This document shows, in pieces, positions 12,723 to 25,351 of a DNA stretch of 64,000 nt. The DNA comes from Puccinia triticina (lineage: Eukaryota). Under the pieces are notes generated by a model. The model saw only the letters and a program-made list of their open reading frames with translations. It had not been told where the DNA came from and did not search any database. Where the stretch lies: contig CP110439.1 in NCBI GenBank assembly GCA_026914245.1, positions 186,001 to 250,000 of the forward strand. Reading direction: 5' to 3'. A program made the position numbers and the translations under genes. Positions within the stretch are counted from its first letter, which is position 1. Each line of letters opens with the position of its first letter.

Positions 12723-14327
12723 GTGTATCCTAAGCCCGTGAAAGTATGTATGAACAAATCGATCCGAAGAAGATTGACAAAGTCAACGTCACCGCTATGT
12801 AGCAATTTGCATGCGTGAAGATAACAGAAATTTGTAAAAACATGTCAAAACAGATGAAATTCGAAGATGATATTCGTGATATGGTGTAGGTTAGTGAGGC
12901 GTGTGCCAGATAGCAGAGGCTGAATGTCCGAAAGTTTCGGAGTTAAGAGAAGCCTCTACAAGAGACAAGAAAGCGTACAAATAGACTCGCTTCTTCTGGC
13001 GAGGTTCTCAGGTTCCCGATCCTTGCCATCGACCCTGACTTGACCCTTTCCCCTACAAAAACAAAAGAGGTAAGCCCACGAGCTCTACAGGTTTTCCCAA
13101 CGCTGTTATATTCCCTTCCCAGTGTCATGCTGAATAGCTGCCCTAAAGTATCAACCTAAATACTTCACCCATTATCTTTAAACGCGCTGATTGATCTAAA
13201 TCCTTGCTTGCTTTGTCCTCCTCCACAAACCTCGATCTCGACGGCTTTGCTGCAACATAATTGCCTTTACCAAACGTCTCCCTCCCTCCCAGCGCACACA
13301 GAATAAATCAAAACCAATCCGGTTTACAAGAGAGAGATGCCTTCAAAAGGAAGCTCCGATAATTCCGGCAATGGCCAATGCGTAAGCCCCGTTTCCAGTC
13401 ACCTGCTAGCATCCCCTGTCTCCCAACAAAATAAAAGACCAAGACGCATGGGTTATATCCGGGTCTTCCAACAGTCCAGAAAGTTTTGAGCTTGCTGGAA
13501 TCGAGCTCAGATAACCGAGCTACCGGAACATTGCGAAACCTTGCACTAACTGTTGATCACACCTGGACTTCGATGAACAGGCGCAAGGTGCTGGAGGTGG
13601 AGGAGGCTCGAAGGGCGGGATGACGATGGAAGCTGCCGCGCGGATTCAATCCTCCGAAGCCCGCGCGAACGGCGGCAACGTCTCTGCAGGTGGTTTCGCG
13701 GCCAGAGCTTCTGCCGCTGCCGCTCACAATGCTCAATCCTAGTCCGTAAGCTCCAGCCAAACCAAATCAGGATTCCTCACTGTTATCTATTTTGCTTATC
13801 CTAATTGCCCCTTGGCCGTGTGCTCATGCGATGCTACTTCCCCTTGTGTTTATGTGGCTTCATCTCTCGATTTCGCTTAGAGGTGTCTCAACCAAGAGAT
13901 GTGTTCTCATAGGCGCGGGCTTATGAATATCTTGTTGTATTTTTTTATTCCCTCTCCGTATCACAGTCCCCCATGTCTCATCAGGTGATATCAAGAGCAA
14001 AATGAACTTGCTACTACCTGTTTACATTTATTTCTGGTGTCATTGACACTGCCAGATTGATGTATATTCGAGGTCTTGCCATCGAGATTGGATGACTTCA
14101 GATGACTTCCCGTCGAGTCCACTACCGGCCGGTGAGTGGATGCTAGGGCTGGGCCCCGGCTGATATCCGACCGGTCGGAGAGTATACCCGGAGGGGAATT
14201 CCGGGTATACCCGATCTCGGGCATTGAAACACTTCGTACACCGTGGGGCAAATCCGGTCAAGGTCGAGCTTAACTAAGCCTCTCCGAGGAGGCGCGAAGC
14301 GTCTCCGAAGGAGAGGCTTAGGACTAA

Positions 14328-14679
14328 GAGCATCCGCATCCGTGGCTAGATTAGCCAGGGCTAACTAGCTCGGATTACGATCGGAATAGGATAATCCGAT
14401 TGGCCATCCGCATGGGTGGGAATTAGCGAGTCCGAGGCCGTCGGAGGTTATGTGTTTAGGTGCCTATATGTTATGTGTTTGGCACCTAAACACATAAAGT
14501 TCATGCTAACAAGCATGATGCATATTCACTTTGGGATTAGTGGGGTCTACATTTAGACCCCACTAGCTCCAAACGGAGCTCCGGGCTAAGTTGATCCCCG
14601 GTTGATCCAACCCGATGCGGGTGCGGGGTCAAACTAAGTGCCCTAATCCGGGCTAACTTAGCGCCCGGTGCGGATGGTC
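14328..14679. mobile_element. PIF/Harbinger (Tourist-like) MITE
   Basis: TIR GAGCATCCGCA...TGCGGATGGTC; TAA TSD on both sides. Confidence 0.8.
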
Positions 14680-15011
14680 TAATGTCACATATTTGGCCTG
14701 AGGCTGACGGGTTTTTTCAATGAAAATGTGTGATTTTGTGTTTACAACTCTCCTACAACCTGGTATCACCTCATAATCCAAATCCCAGTTGGCCATGTCT
14801 AGCCCTTGATCTCAGCTGTCTTGTACAGCTATTGTGTAAATGGTTGCGGTTTTCCGCCTTTTTTTTTGTTTTTTTTTTCGCACGCGAACTTTTTTTTTGC
14901 CCCCAATCCCTTTTTCCCCCCCAGCGCACAGACGCAGGCATCCCCCGGTCACTCACTGCCTTTGACCCTCCTGCCACGTCACATCCTCATCCGTTACCTA
15001 CCGCCAGCGCC

Positions 15012-16764
15012 ATGGAACACAAAGGTTTTTCATTTCATCTTTTCTTATTTTTATCCATGATAATGCCTGTTTGCTGATATTCTTCATTTGTTTAGATTAT
15101 TCCAGTCAACTCAATCGCATGCAAACACTTGATGAAGTCAGCGCATGGTTGGACGAGTCTATGGCATCAACAGGTACTGCGCCCGCACCAAGCTTGCAAG
15201 ATGATGCTAATAGCAAGGATGGCGACGAAGATAAAGGCAATGACGACGAAGAGGCCAACGAGGAGTTCAAGGTCAACTTAGAGTACAAATTGTACGTTCT
15301 CAAACCCAAGCCGACCACGTGCAATACCCGTAACGCAAATAGACGCAAGGCAAATACGGTCGAACCCGAGGACAAGTACTCTAAACTGGTTGCAAAACCA
15401 GGTCAGCTTTTCTTCCATTGGAAGCCTTTGCACACCAGTCTTGCCGCTTTCAAACAAGCAGCAATTGCCGTGCTTTGTGCCAAGGAACCGGGCGTCGTTG
15501 TTGAACTCGCAGAAGAACAAGAGCAAGAAGGCGAGCTCTTCTGGTATGCCATAATTCAACATGGCGGACAATTTGTCGAAAAGAACAAGACCGACTTGGA
15601 TAACTCAGAAATTTTTGCGGATTTCCTTGAGATGGCTGATTGTAAGGGGGGAGCTAAAATCTATGTTGTGCAGAATGATCCTAAGCTTGTCGCGGAAGTG
15701 GGTACTACCCTTTTCTTTGATTTTGAACCTCCTGATTTGGCTGATTGTTTCTATCATATCAGAGGAACAAGGCATTGAGACTCTTATCTGAGAGAAACAG
15801 AGGAAGTAATGAGGCATCGACCAAACCACAGCCCACCGCTGGCGCTAAGAAGAACTCCGAAATATTGAATAACATGTGGACCATCCGAGCGACTCACATG
15901 CCTTGCAAACAACTGACTGGATCCTTGGAGCTTCCAGTCATGATTGATCCCCAAAATCCAAATCGTTTCATTGCACTCAGCCCCAATCGAATTGCCCTGT
16001 GGGCAAGAGCCATGGTGAGTGTCAAGAATTTCATCAGAAATGTGAACGTTGTTGAATCTGATGCCCTCTCCTCTCAGGCTCAAAATCCAGAGATCACCAA
16101 GCACAAACCACCCTCATCTCCGGCGTTTACGTTTCAAACAAAAGAGGAATTCAAAGCTTCTTCAGGTGTATCAGACAGTGCTAGCCGCGGGTCAGACGAC
16201 AGGGGACGTGAATCTAGTCCCGTTAATCGCCATCAAAATCATCGACACCGGGAAGCTTCGCCGCCATCATCGAGAGGCCCCAGACACCAAAGAACCCCTC
16301 CGAACATCTCGCCTCTGACAGCTGCTTATGCGGGAATGGGGATTGGTGGTTATATCCCACCACCAATGGTTTGGCCGAACTCGCCTTGGGCATGGCCGGG
16401 CGCCTCACCACAGACATTTCAACCGTACCCTGCCATGCCCCACATTGAGATGAACAGCTCGGTTCCCCCGGTTCCTCAACGTAACTTTTTGGCTCAAGCG
16501 AATGGTTCAAACCCGGCCCCTGCTTCCTCACCGCCGGCCTCCGACGTAACTGTGGACATTGCCGACTACTTGACATTCTGTCACATCGATGTGAACTGCG
16601 AAAATGTCCAAAAAGCTCTAGCTGAATACGGGATCACCCACTATGCCGAGTTCAAAAACTTTGAGGCAAAGGAGTTTGAAGAACTCGGTGTGAAAAGAAG
16701 TCATGCTCAATCCCTTGTGAGCAGCATTAAGAAGTACGAACGTAGTCTCAAAAAGCGCCATTGA
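15012..16764 (+). CDS. Accessory (cargo) protein of the Tc1 element, 4 predicted exons, with a C-terminal SAM-like domain
   Basis: Predicted exons 15012-15024, 15096-15697, about 15762-16014 and 16078-16764 join in frame via GT-AG introns. C-terminus reads IADYLTFCHID...LAEYGITHYAEFKNFEAKEFEELGVKRSHAQSLVSSIKKY. Confidence 0.7.
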
Positions 16765-17159
16765 TCTCTATCATTGAAGAAAGTCTGCTATCAATACATA
16801 TCTAAACAACAATGAATAGTCTCTCTCACAAAATAGTCTGCTATCAATAACTTATCTTGTCTTTTCTCTCTCATGAAGTCTGCTATTGATCTCTAAAATC
16901 TTGCTCAATCAAAAATGTCGAGTTTGCTCACTCAAAAATGGTGTGTTTGCTATAGCTTCCGCAATGAATGGTCTCTTGAATTGTTTTCCAAACTCCGATT
17001 GAAGATTGTTTTCCATACTCCAAGTGAAGTGAAATGAAATTACTAGTGAAACTGTCTCTATCGGAGATTTATGGGTGAGAAAATGTTGCTTTGCTTGATT
17101 GAAGGAGAAAGAAATCACAAAGGTTACAAGAAGAAGTGATAATTCATAGAATCTGATCA

Positions 17160-18259
17160 CTATACAAGGTAACCCGAGCCAATGAAAAGCTTACGGGTCA
17201 AAACATCTGTGAAAACAAAACTGACAAAAGTATCTAAAACATCGTGGTCCTCCTCACCACCCGTGAGTAAATCTTCGTTCCGTCTTAAGGTCGATTTGTA
17301 TACTGAGAAACCCTTCTCAATTGGGTTTAAGTCTGGTGAGTATGCCGGAAGATGTTGCAAGAGACACCCTTGTTCCTCAACAAGCTCTGCGATCCGTCCG
17401 TTGTGATGGATTTGCGCGTTGTCCATGACAAGTACGCTGCGCGGTGCTGGAAAGGGGTTCATAGATGGAAGCTGCAAATGCTGGCATTAGAAACTGATGC
17501 AACACAAGGTAAATAAAAAAACACAACAGCTTACCAAGATGTGCTCAAGGAAAAACTTGAAATCAGACCAATTCACCGATTCCTCCTGGACCACGTGCGC
17601 AACTAACCCAGTCAAACTGATTGCTGGGATGACATTATACTTGTGGGTGCTCCTCTCGCGCGGAACTTGGGGTGTTCTTTGACCTACAGGAGCCCAGCCT
17701 CTTGTTCTTGAAACCACCTCAAGCGAGACCCCTGATTCATCTGAAAAAGACCCGACATCATTACACAGACAATGTGTTGGTGATACCAAAAAAAGAAATA
17801 CATGCCTGTGAATACAAGATAGGACGTCGGTATACAACTGATTCAAGAGGTGTAGTAAGCCCTTGCTTCTGGATCTTGGCGCGGGTTGAAAGTCCGAATT
17901 GTCTTTTTGGACATGTTCAAGCGCTCATGGAGCGTTTTTGCAATTGTTTTCAAACAGACAATGATGTCGTTCTCTTCAAGTAACGCCTGCTGGATTTCGT
18001 CCAGATAAACTGTGGGCTTTTCAGCGACCATAAAAGTTAAATCCTCTTCTTTCAATTCAAAAGGTCGGCCTCGGGTTTCATAGGTAGAAGGATCGCAAAC
18101 AACAGCCCTTTTCCTTTTGTACAAATTGGTCCATCGGTGCAGGGAATCTTTGCTGACTGATGCGGCTAATGACAAGTTGATCTCGGATAAGTTCTTTCCA
18201 TTGTTTGCCACTCTGACGACTGCGTACTTGAAGTCGGCTGAGTACTTGCGATAACCCAT
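17160..18259 (-). pseudogene. IS630/Tc1-family DD34E transposase with introns and a premature stop
   Basis: N-terminal HTH (YSADFKYAVV...VYLDEIQQAL), then DESG, VLVMDNAQIH and LPAYSPDLNPIE, with 34 residues between D and E. In-frame TGA at 17843-17845. Confidence 0.9.
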
Positions 18260-19114
18260 ATCTGTAGAAACATGAAAATGTCAATATCAATTGGCTGAAG
18301 GATGTTTTGTGATTAATCAAGAGATACACTCACCAGAGAACAATTTGAGACCGTTAACTTCAATTGGTCCAACGATGTTGGGATCGGGTGGGGTCAGCGG
18401 TTGGTGAGCTGAAATGTGTATGTATGTATGTCTGGGCACGTCAGGCTCGGGGGATGCATGCGTCTGTGCACCTGGGGGGAAAAAGGGATCGGGGGCAAAA
18501 AAAAAGTTTGCGCGCGAAAAAAAAAAAAAAAAAGGTGGAAAACCGCAACCGTTTACACAATAGCTGTACATGTTTTTTCAAGTAAATTCATCAAGAACTG
18601 GCCGCTCAGCAGCCATTCTTGTAAGGGCATTTTCTGAGCAATGTGACAGACCCGCCGGGCCATTTGCAGGTCAAGTACAGACACTTTCTCACGGTTTCAG
18701 CCTTGCAAGGCCTCGCAAGCCATGCTTTTACAGCAATTTTTTTTTCAAGGGATGGGGGTAGGTGTTGTGTTAAACACACCAGAATATGTAGAAAGAAAAC
18801 CTGATTCTAATGATGCCAGAGGCTGTGAAGAAATCCAATGGGTATACGGTGATATGGGGGATATAAGGAATTTTTAGATGTTTGGCTGGGCAGCCTCAGG
18901 CCAAATATTGGACATAAGGCACAAGTCCCTCCTGCAAGCAGGAGGGTGCTCGCGCCCCGCAAGCACAGGGAGGGACTTGTGTTAAGTTTGGGTCAAGGTG
19001 TGGTGCCACGCTTGCAAGTCCGTCATTTTCCATATTGTTGTGATAACAAATCCCTGCCACCCCGGAGACGTTCATCAACGCCTTGGACCAGTAATGCACA
19101 CCATTCCAATATCC

Positions 19115-21466
19115 TCAAGCAAAAAGTGTGTATGTTTCTTCTTTTACAGTAAATGCAAAAGGCCATACAGAGTGTACATCTTCCCGCGGTGCCTCTGGGT
19201 GAGCTGGACAGGTAAGAGTTTGCCTTTCTTCAACGTCAAACAACCCTTTGCGGGATCGGTTAGGGTTTGCCTTTGGATCAAGGGCAATCTCAATGAAAAA
19301 GTCCGCCAATGCAAACTTGCCCGCCTTGAAGCTTTCAGGATGCAAGTTGTGAGCGTGCTGGAAGATTGTACCTTGTGCAATTGAAAGCATTCCGCGGACC
19401 GAGCCGTCTTGCTTCAACTGATAGGTGGTTTGAGAAGTGAAATGCTTCACCACCGTTGTGAATAAAGATGTCCCTTGGCCGCTAGAGCCACGCAGCCAAA
19501 GAGGATTGCATAAAGTGTACATCGTCTCAAGTGCCGCAGCCATCCAGCAGCGGTTCTTCTTTGTTTCATTGCTGGACGCGCGGTACAATGGATAAGTGGT
19601 CAACGCGCCACGATCCACATTGCATGCTCCAGGAGGTCTTCCTGTTTTCTTCTTATCAGTGAGTTTGGGCAGCAAAGTATCTGTGGTGTCCGGCGGGCGC
19701 CCGTCATTCTTGTATTTGTACCGGGTCTGCATGTTTTTCCTTGGAGCAGCTGGGTTTGGTTTTCTCCCAGCCCAACGACTGAGAGATATCAATCTGCTCC
19801 TTACAAGCTGCTCTGTACTCAATTGAAACCCCGCGCATGACTGCATTGAAGTCTTCTTCCAAAACTTTGACAAAGGAGTATAGCCAAAAAAATTCATCCA
19901 TCTTGTCTTCATGACTAGCATCACCCTCTTCAGGTTCCTTGATCAACAAAAGGCACATTGTCTGGAAGGTATTCTGTGACATTGCCAAGCTTGAAAAATC
20001 AAAGTAACCATCATCATAAGGAGATTTCTTCTTTTCAAGAGCTGCATCTCCATACCTCCTTGTCTGCCATAATAATAAATCAATTATTCTTGACCTGAGT
20101 CACTTGAGCGCGGTAATCCTTGTGACATCCCTGGAGCTTCCCTAAAACAACCTTCTTGTTGCAGATCCCAAAGACTTCCCAGTATGCTGCAACGAAGCCC
20201 TCTCTCTGGGCGGCCAAGAATTCAACAATGTTGCACACAAGTGTATCACGCTCTTCTTTGCTGATTTCTGGCTTCAGGAACAGGCGGAACAAGGTGGCAA
20301 AGTGCAATTTGTAGTAGTTTTCAGAGAGGCCGCGAATCCAAGTGAGCTGGACGGGAACCCATCAAGCTAGCTCTTCACAGTACATAGAGGTAGAAAGCAG
20401 GTACCCATTGAGGAAGAAGCAATAAGTCACATCAGAAACAAGGCCCTGGCTGTAAACATTGTGATCAATATTGCAAGCAACAATCCTATTGGCCATCCAT
20501 TTGGTTTGGAAGGCGAAATGCTCCAAATCATCCATAAAACCAGCTGATATGATTTGCAGTCCAACTCTGTGAAAAAACAAGAAAAAATCACCTGGGCCTT
20601 GACAAGGTGAAAGCAATCAGAACAAACTTGTTCCATTTGAACATGTCCAACAGGAAATCATTGTCAAGCATTGCTCCTTTCTTCCCGGGTACATTGCCTA
20701 GCTTGGCAAGAATGAGCCTGCGATGATAGAGAAGTCAATCTGCATTTGCCAAGGATGGATGAATGCCCAGTACACTTTTGTATGGATCCTTTGGAGCATC
20801 AGGCTTTCCAATCTGAAGTCAACAAAATATATCAGAATTGAACAAACAATCTGAATTCACAAGAAAAATTTACTTTCAGTGCAAAAGCCCCTTCCTTGTG
20901 GTTTTTGGCAATCTCATCCTTGAGTTTTTGCTTTGCAAGCTTGTCTGGCTTTTTGGCCTTGGGCCATGGGTGCTTTTGGATACCAAAATGGTGGAGAATT
21001 GCCCACTTGGTTTTGGTATTTTCATCAAACCTGGTGAATGTTTTCTTGCAAGTGATATGCCTCACTTTTCCAGGGCACTTCCCAGCCAGACCTTGGCAAT
21101 TTGGGTGTCTGAATGGCATGGTGAACGCATTTGTGTCAAAACAGATGGAAAGAAAAAAGCCAAGGAATTCAAGATGTACTTCTCAAAAAATTCCTTCATT
21201 GATACTAATACGCAGTCATGGTCAATAAATGTGACCTTGTTCCCTGTTGGCAAGAAAAATACTTTCCTGTTCTTTTGATCATCATCACTGTCTTCTTTGT
21301 CCGCTTTGTGGATGAATTCCTCCGCCTTGGGCTTACCACAGGACTTGCGGGTTGGTACTAACACCTTTGGTGGTGAGTCAGACTTGGATGAATTTGCTTC
21401 TGGATCATCATGATCATAGTTGCTGTCAGGCTTGAATTCAAAGGTGTACATATTCCAAGGAGGCAT
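19115..21466 (-). pseudogene. Decayed Mutator-like transposase (GCM/WRKY-like Zn region, C-terminal Cys-box-like motif)
   Basis: Fragments CPGKVRHITC...HFGIQKHPWP, GLVSDVTY, IVEFLAAQREGF, GCHKDY (degenerate CxxH), YKNDGRPPDT and NRCWMAAALETMY, with many stops and frameshifts. Confidence 0.55.
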
Positions 21467-21941
21467 TTTCAGGACAAAAAGAAATATGTGATGTGAGGAT
21501 TCTGTAGAGGAGATTACTGTGCTAGGTGGGAGGGATAGGGAAAGCCGGGTGTTCACAATGTTGTGTGCAAAAGTGGCCCACGTGAGTTGGAAATTTCACT
21601 CCCACAAGTTGAGCATGAAATTTGACTATGGTTCACAAATACAATGGTGGACCCTGTATTTCTAATGCCTTGCATTTGTCAATGAATACAGGCAGTGGTG
21701 TTGTATTCTGTGGTTGTGTTACAAAGGATGTAAATGGGGCCAAGTGAAACTGTACATCCTTGGTCTTATGGAGGAATTTTCCTGGGAATTTTTTACAAGG
21801 CATTGATTTACAAGACATACCTTGTAAGAGAAGCCTTTGAAAATCAAGTAAACCACTAGCATCATGTATTTTTACAAGGCATCATCATTCCAACGCTTAA
21901 GCCTTGGAAAACATACTTTGGAAAATTCTCCTGCCCATTAT

Positions 21942-22408
21942 TTGCGGTGGGCCACTACGCTACAGGGCCACTTAGCGTTAGCGTAGCGGCAAAAAGCGCC
22001 CGCCCATTTTGAGTAGCGTTAGCGCGCTGTTAGCGCTGCTACGCTGCGCTACGTTTCAGCGGCGCTAACAGCGCACCAATTGTTTGTTAGTGTTAGCGCG
22101 CCGCTACAGTCACTACGCTACGCTACTCTGTGCTACAGCGCTTTTAGCGGAAAAAAAGGCCTGTTTTTCAGCTAAAAGCACTGTGGCGCACCGTAGCGCG
22201 CGCTCTTTTGCGCCCTGCGTGTGTAGCGTTAGCGCAATTGCGCGCATCTGCGCTAACACTACGCTAACAGCTAAATTAGCTGCGCACCCTTTGCGCGTAG
22301 TGTTAGCGCAGAAAGGCGCAATTCCGCTAATGCTACGCTAAAATTTAGCGGAATTCCGCTACGCTACGCCACGCTAACGCTACGGTTAGCGTAGCTGGCC
22401 CACCATTG
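21942..22408. mobile_element. MITE with 7-bp TSD, rich in GCTACGCT/AGCGTAGC motifs
   Basis: Inverted ends GGTGGGCCA...TGGCCCACC; CCATTAT on both flanks (21935-21941 and 22409-22415). Confidence 0.7.
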
Positions 22409-22699
22409 CCATTATGAAAGTGAAATTCAAGCATTTATGAATTTATGCAGTTCAACTTTGAACACCATATTTAGCATGAATTGGTGTTGATGTCTCTAGT
22501 AACCTCTTCTGATGGTACATACTTTGGTTGTGAATTGTCTTTTGCAATTCTCCCCAGGAAAAAAATATAGTCACTTGATGGCAAGTGACATGATGCAGCT
22601 TTGGTTTCTGCTCCAGAGCTGCTTCAGTGCTGCTCCAAGTCTGCTCCACCAGCACTTGTAGAGCTTGCAGGACTGCATCAGAGCACTCAATGTGGCACA

Positions 22700-23220
22700 G
22701 TCAGCTGATCCTAAATTTTTCCCAGGAACAGCTGATGCTCATCAAAAGCTGAGCAGTAGGCATTGAATGAGCCTGGGCCAAAGCTGAGCATTGGCTGAGC
22801 CTGGGCCACAGCTGATCATTGGCTATTCCAAGCCTGATACAAATCCCAGTGTCAGCTGGACCAAGAATATTCCAAATCTGAGCATCCTAGCTCAGCCAAC
22901 AATGGTCCAAAGCTGAGCCAAATATTGACACCAGCTGGGCCAAGAATTTTCAAAAGCTGAGCATCAGCTGAGCCAATACTGGTCCAAATCTGAGCATTGG
23001 CTGACCCAAGGATGTTCCATAGCTGAGAATGAGGTGTTTTAAGACTATTCAAAAGATGAGTATCACCTGAGCCAAGGCTTTTCTGCAGCTGAGCATCAGC
23101 TGAGCCAAGGCCTACAGCTGAGCATTGTCTGAGCCAAGGTTGGTCCACAGCTGAGCACCAGCTGAGCCAAGGTTGGTCCACAGCTGAGCCAATTCTGGTC
23201 CACAGATGAGCATCAGCTTT
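22700..23220. repeat. Degenerate tandem array of GCTGAGCATCAGCTGAGCCAAG-like units
   Basis: Repeated GCTGAGC motifs; the same family recurs in the same orientation at 28590-28850. Confidence 0.7.
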
Positions 23221-23973
23221 TACAGGAGTAGGGATGGTGTCCGGGTACCCGGCACCGCCTGGCGGGTGTGGCGGGTGCCTGTTGGGTACCTACCAAGCGG
23301 TGCCGGGTCTCTGGTTTTTGGGGTAAGGGCAGCAGGTACCCGGGTACCGCCAGCCCGCACTCGCCCCAAGCCCCCTATTTTTCCTGGGGTTCAGGGGAAT
23401 CCATCGGGTGTAAGGCAAATCTTAGGCGGCCACCATCCACCTCTGTCATCAAACCCCGCCAAAACAATTGATCATGGCCTCCAACTGCAAGCAAAGAAGA
23501 CCCAACACATAGAGATGGCTCCGTCACACCCGGGTACCCGCGCGGGTGCGGGTACCCGCGGCCTGTTTTGACTGGATCCTGACATCCGCACTCGTTGGCG
23601 GGTACCTGTGGATACCTGCTCCTTGAAACTCATCTTGGCGACCGGAAGGGGCCCCTTTTGGTTGAAGAGGGATGACCTTGGCGACCAAAAGGAAACCGTT
23701 CTGGTTGCAATAAGACCTCTGCGACCAGGAGGTTTCCTTCTGTTCGCCGAGGTAACTTTGACGACCAGGAGGTTTCCTTCTGGTCGTCAAGGTAACTTCA
23801 GTGACCAGGAGGTTGTCTTCTGGTCGCCGAGGTAGCTTCAGCAACCAGGAGGTTAGCTTTTGGTTGCCGAGGTAACCTCGGCAACCAAGAGGTTGCCTTC
23901 TGGTTAGCAAGGTAACCTCTGCAACCAGGAGGTTACCTGCTGGTCGCGCGCTGAGGTTATTTAACCTCTGCAA

Positions 23974-25083
23974 TGTGGTATGCTTTATGGTATCCCATAT
24001 ACCAAAATCAAAATTTTCTGCTTTTTCTTTCTTATTTCTATTAGTTTTACTCTTAATCTCCCTTTGCCTCTTATCAATCACTTAATATTCCTCCAGATTC
24101 AGTTTCTAGGGACAAATTCACCCCTAGTTTTGCCTTACAGAACACTCATAAGGGCACTCACTCAGAAGTCACATACTCTTACACACTCACAATACCCCTT
24201 ACAACCTCAAAACAGTTACACAATCCACATTTACAACACTTAGTTACACACACGGTTACATACATAGCTACATACATATTTACACATAGCTGCATCATCA
24301 CTTACATACATACAGTGTACACATGCAGGCACTCATGCAGGTGCTAGCTGCATGTGATAGCTGCATGCACTAAGCTGCATGCGCTAGTGGATTTTCGTTG
24401 CATAACAACAGCAGGTGACCTGGTTACAGCATGACTACACTAACATACAGTCCTGACCAATCACATCTCCTGATTCAGCCTGCATGTCATAACCCATAAT
24501 CACCTGTACAGTCCTGACCAATCACATCCATCCATTCAGCATATGTACTAGTCAAAAACCCTCATGTACCTAGCTAAAATATCTCATGTGGAGCTCCTCT
24601 GGAGCTAAAATCCCTCACTGTTGTCTATAAAAGGAGGCTCTCCTCCCCTGTTGTAACTTCCCCCCAGCAGACTACCTGCACTCAGTTTCCCCTATAACAA
24701 AGTACACAACTGCTCACTCCACAATATATTAGTCACCCTATATTTTGGTTTTACACACATTACAAAACACTTACACACGAAATAACAACTCTACACAACA
24801 CTCACATTACATAACACAAACCTCTGAGGGGTCCTCTTTGACCAACTATCATCTGGTTGAAGTCCAGACTCCTCACTCATAACACATTTTAGCAACTTCA
24901 TCGCACCCACTTTATAACAACAGTTATCTTTTGATAAAACTCCAATATCACTACATTAAAGCTGTCAATCTGAGATTGGTGGGCTTGTTTTAGTGTCTAG
25001 TGAACCAGGAAAGGCAGAGGTTTCCTCATACATCCCTTTCCGCACTCAGCAAAAGGTTCTCAGGAACACTTTTGAGCTTTACA
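23974..25083 (+). mobile_element. Solo LTR, about 1.1 kb (Gypsy-like)
   Basis: TGTGG...TTACA ends interrupt a tandem-repeat unit; near-TSD GCAA/GCGA; TATA-like CTATAAAAGG near 24626. Confidence 0.6.
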
Positions 25084-25351
25084 GCGACCAGGACTATTTC
25101 CTCTTGGTTGCCAAGGTTTTACAAACTTCATGACCAAGATAGTATCCTCCTGGTCGCCAAGGTTTTGTAACCTCTGCGACCGGGAGGATTTTTTCCTTCT
25201 GGTCACCAAAATACAGCCCCAGTGACCGGAAGGAATCCCTCCTGGTCAATGAGGTTGTGTGTCCTTGGAAACCAGGTGGGTTTTTCTGGCTGCCAAGGCT
25301 GTAAAACCTTGGCAACCGGAAGGGATCAGGCCTTCTGGTTGAAGGGATCAG

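Larger units (their letters stand above)
14826..18566. mobile_element. Tc1/mariner-IS630 DNA transposon, 3.74 kb, with two convergent genes
   Basis: About 120-bp TIRs starting CAGCTATTGTGTAAA; TA TSD; DD34E transposase on the - strand and a second gene on the + strand. Confidence 0.9.
14692..18905. mobile_element. Small TA-flanked TIR element (about 470 bp) interrupted by the Tc1 element
   Basis: TA|TTTGGCCTGAGGCTG...CAGCCTCAGGCCAAA|TA. Confidence 0.7.

Noticed and set aside
12740..13993. Possible solo LTR ending CAGGTGATATCA
   Set aside because: Composition is LTR-like, but no 5' TG boundary with a matching TSD could be found.
14150..14232. Hammerhead ribozyme (CTGATA...GAAAC)
   Set aside because: The core does not match CUGANGA and I could not form the three required stems.
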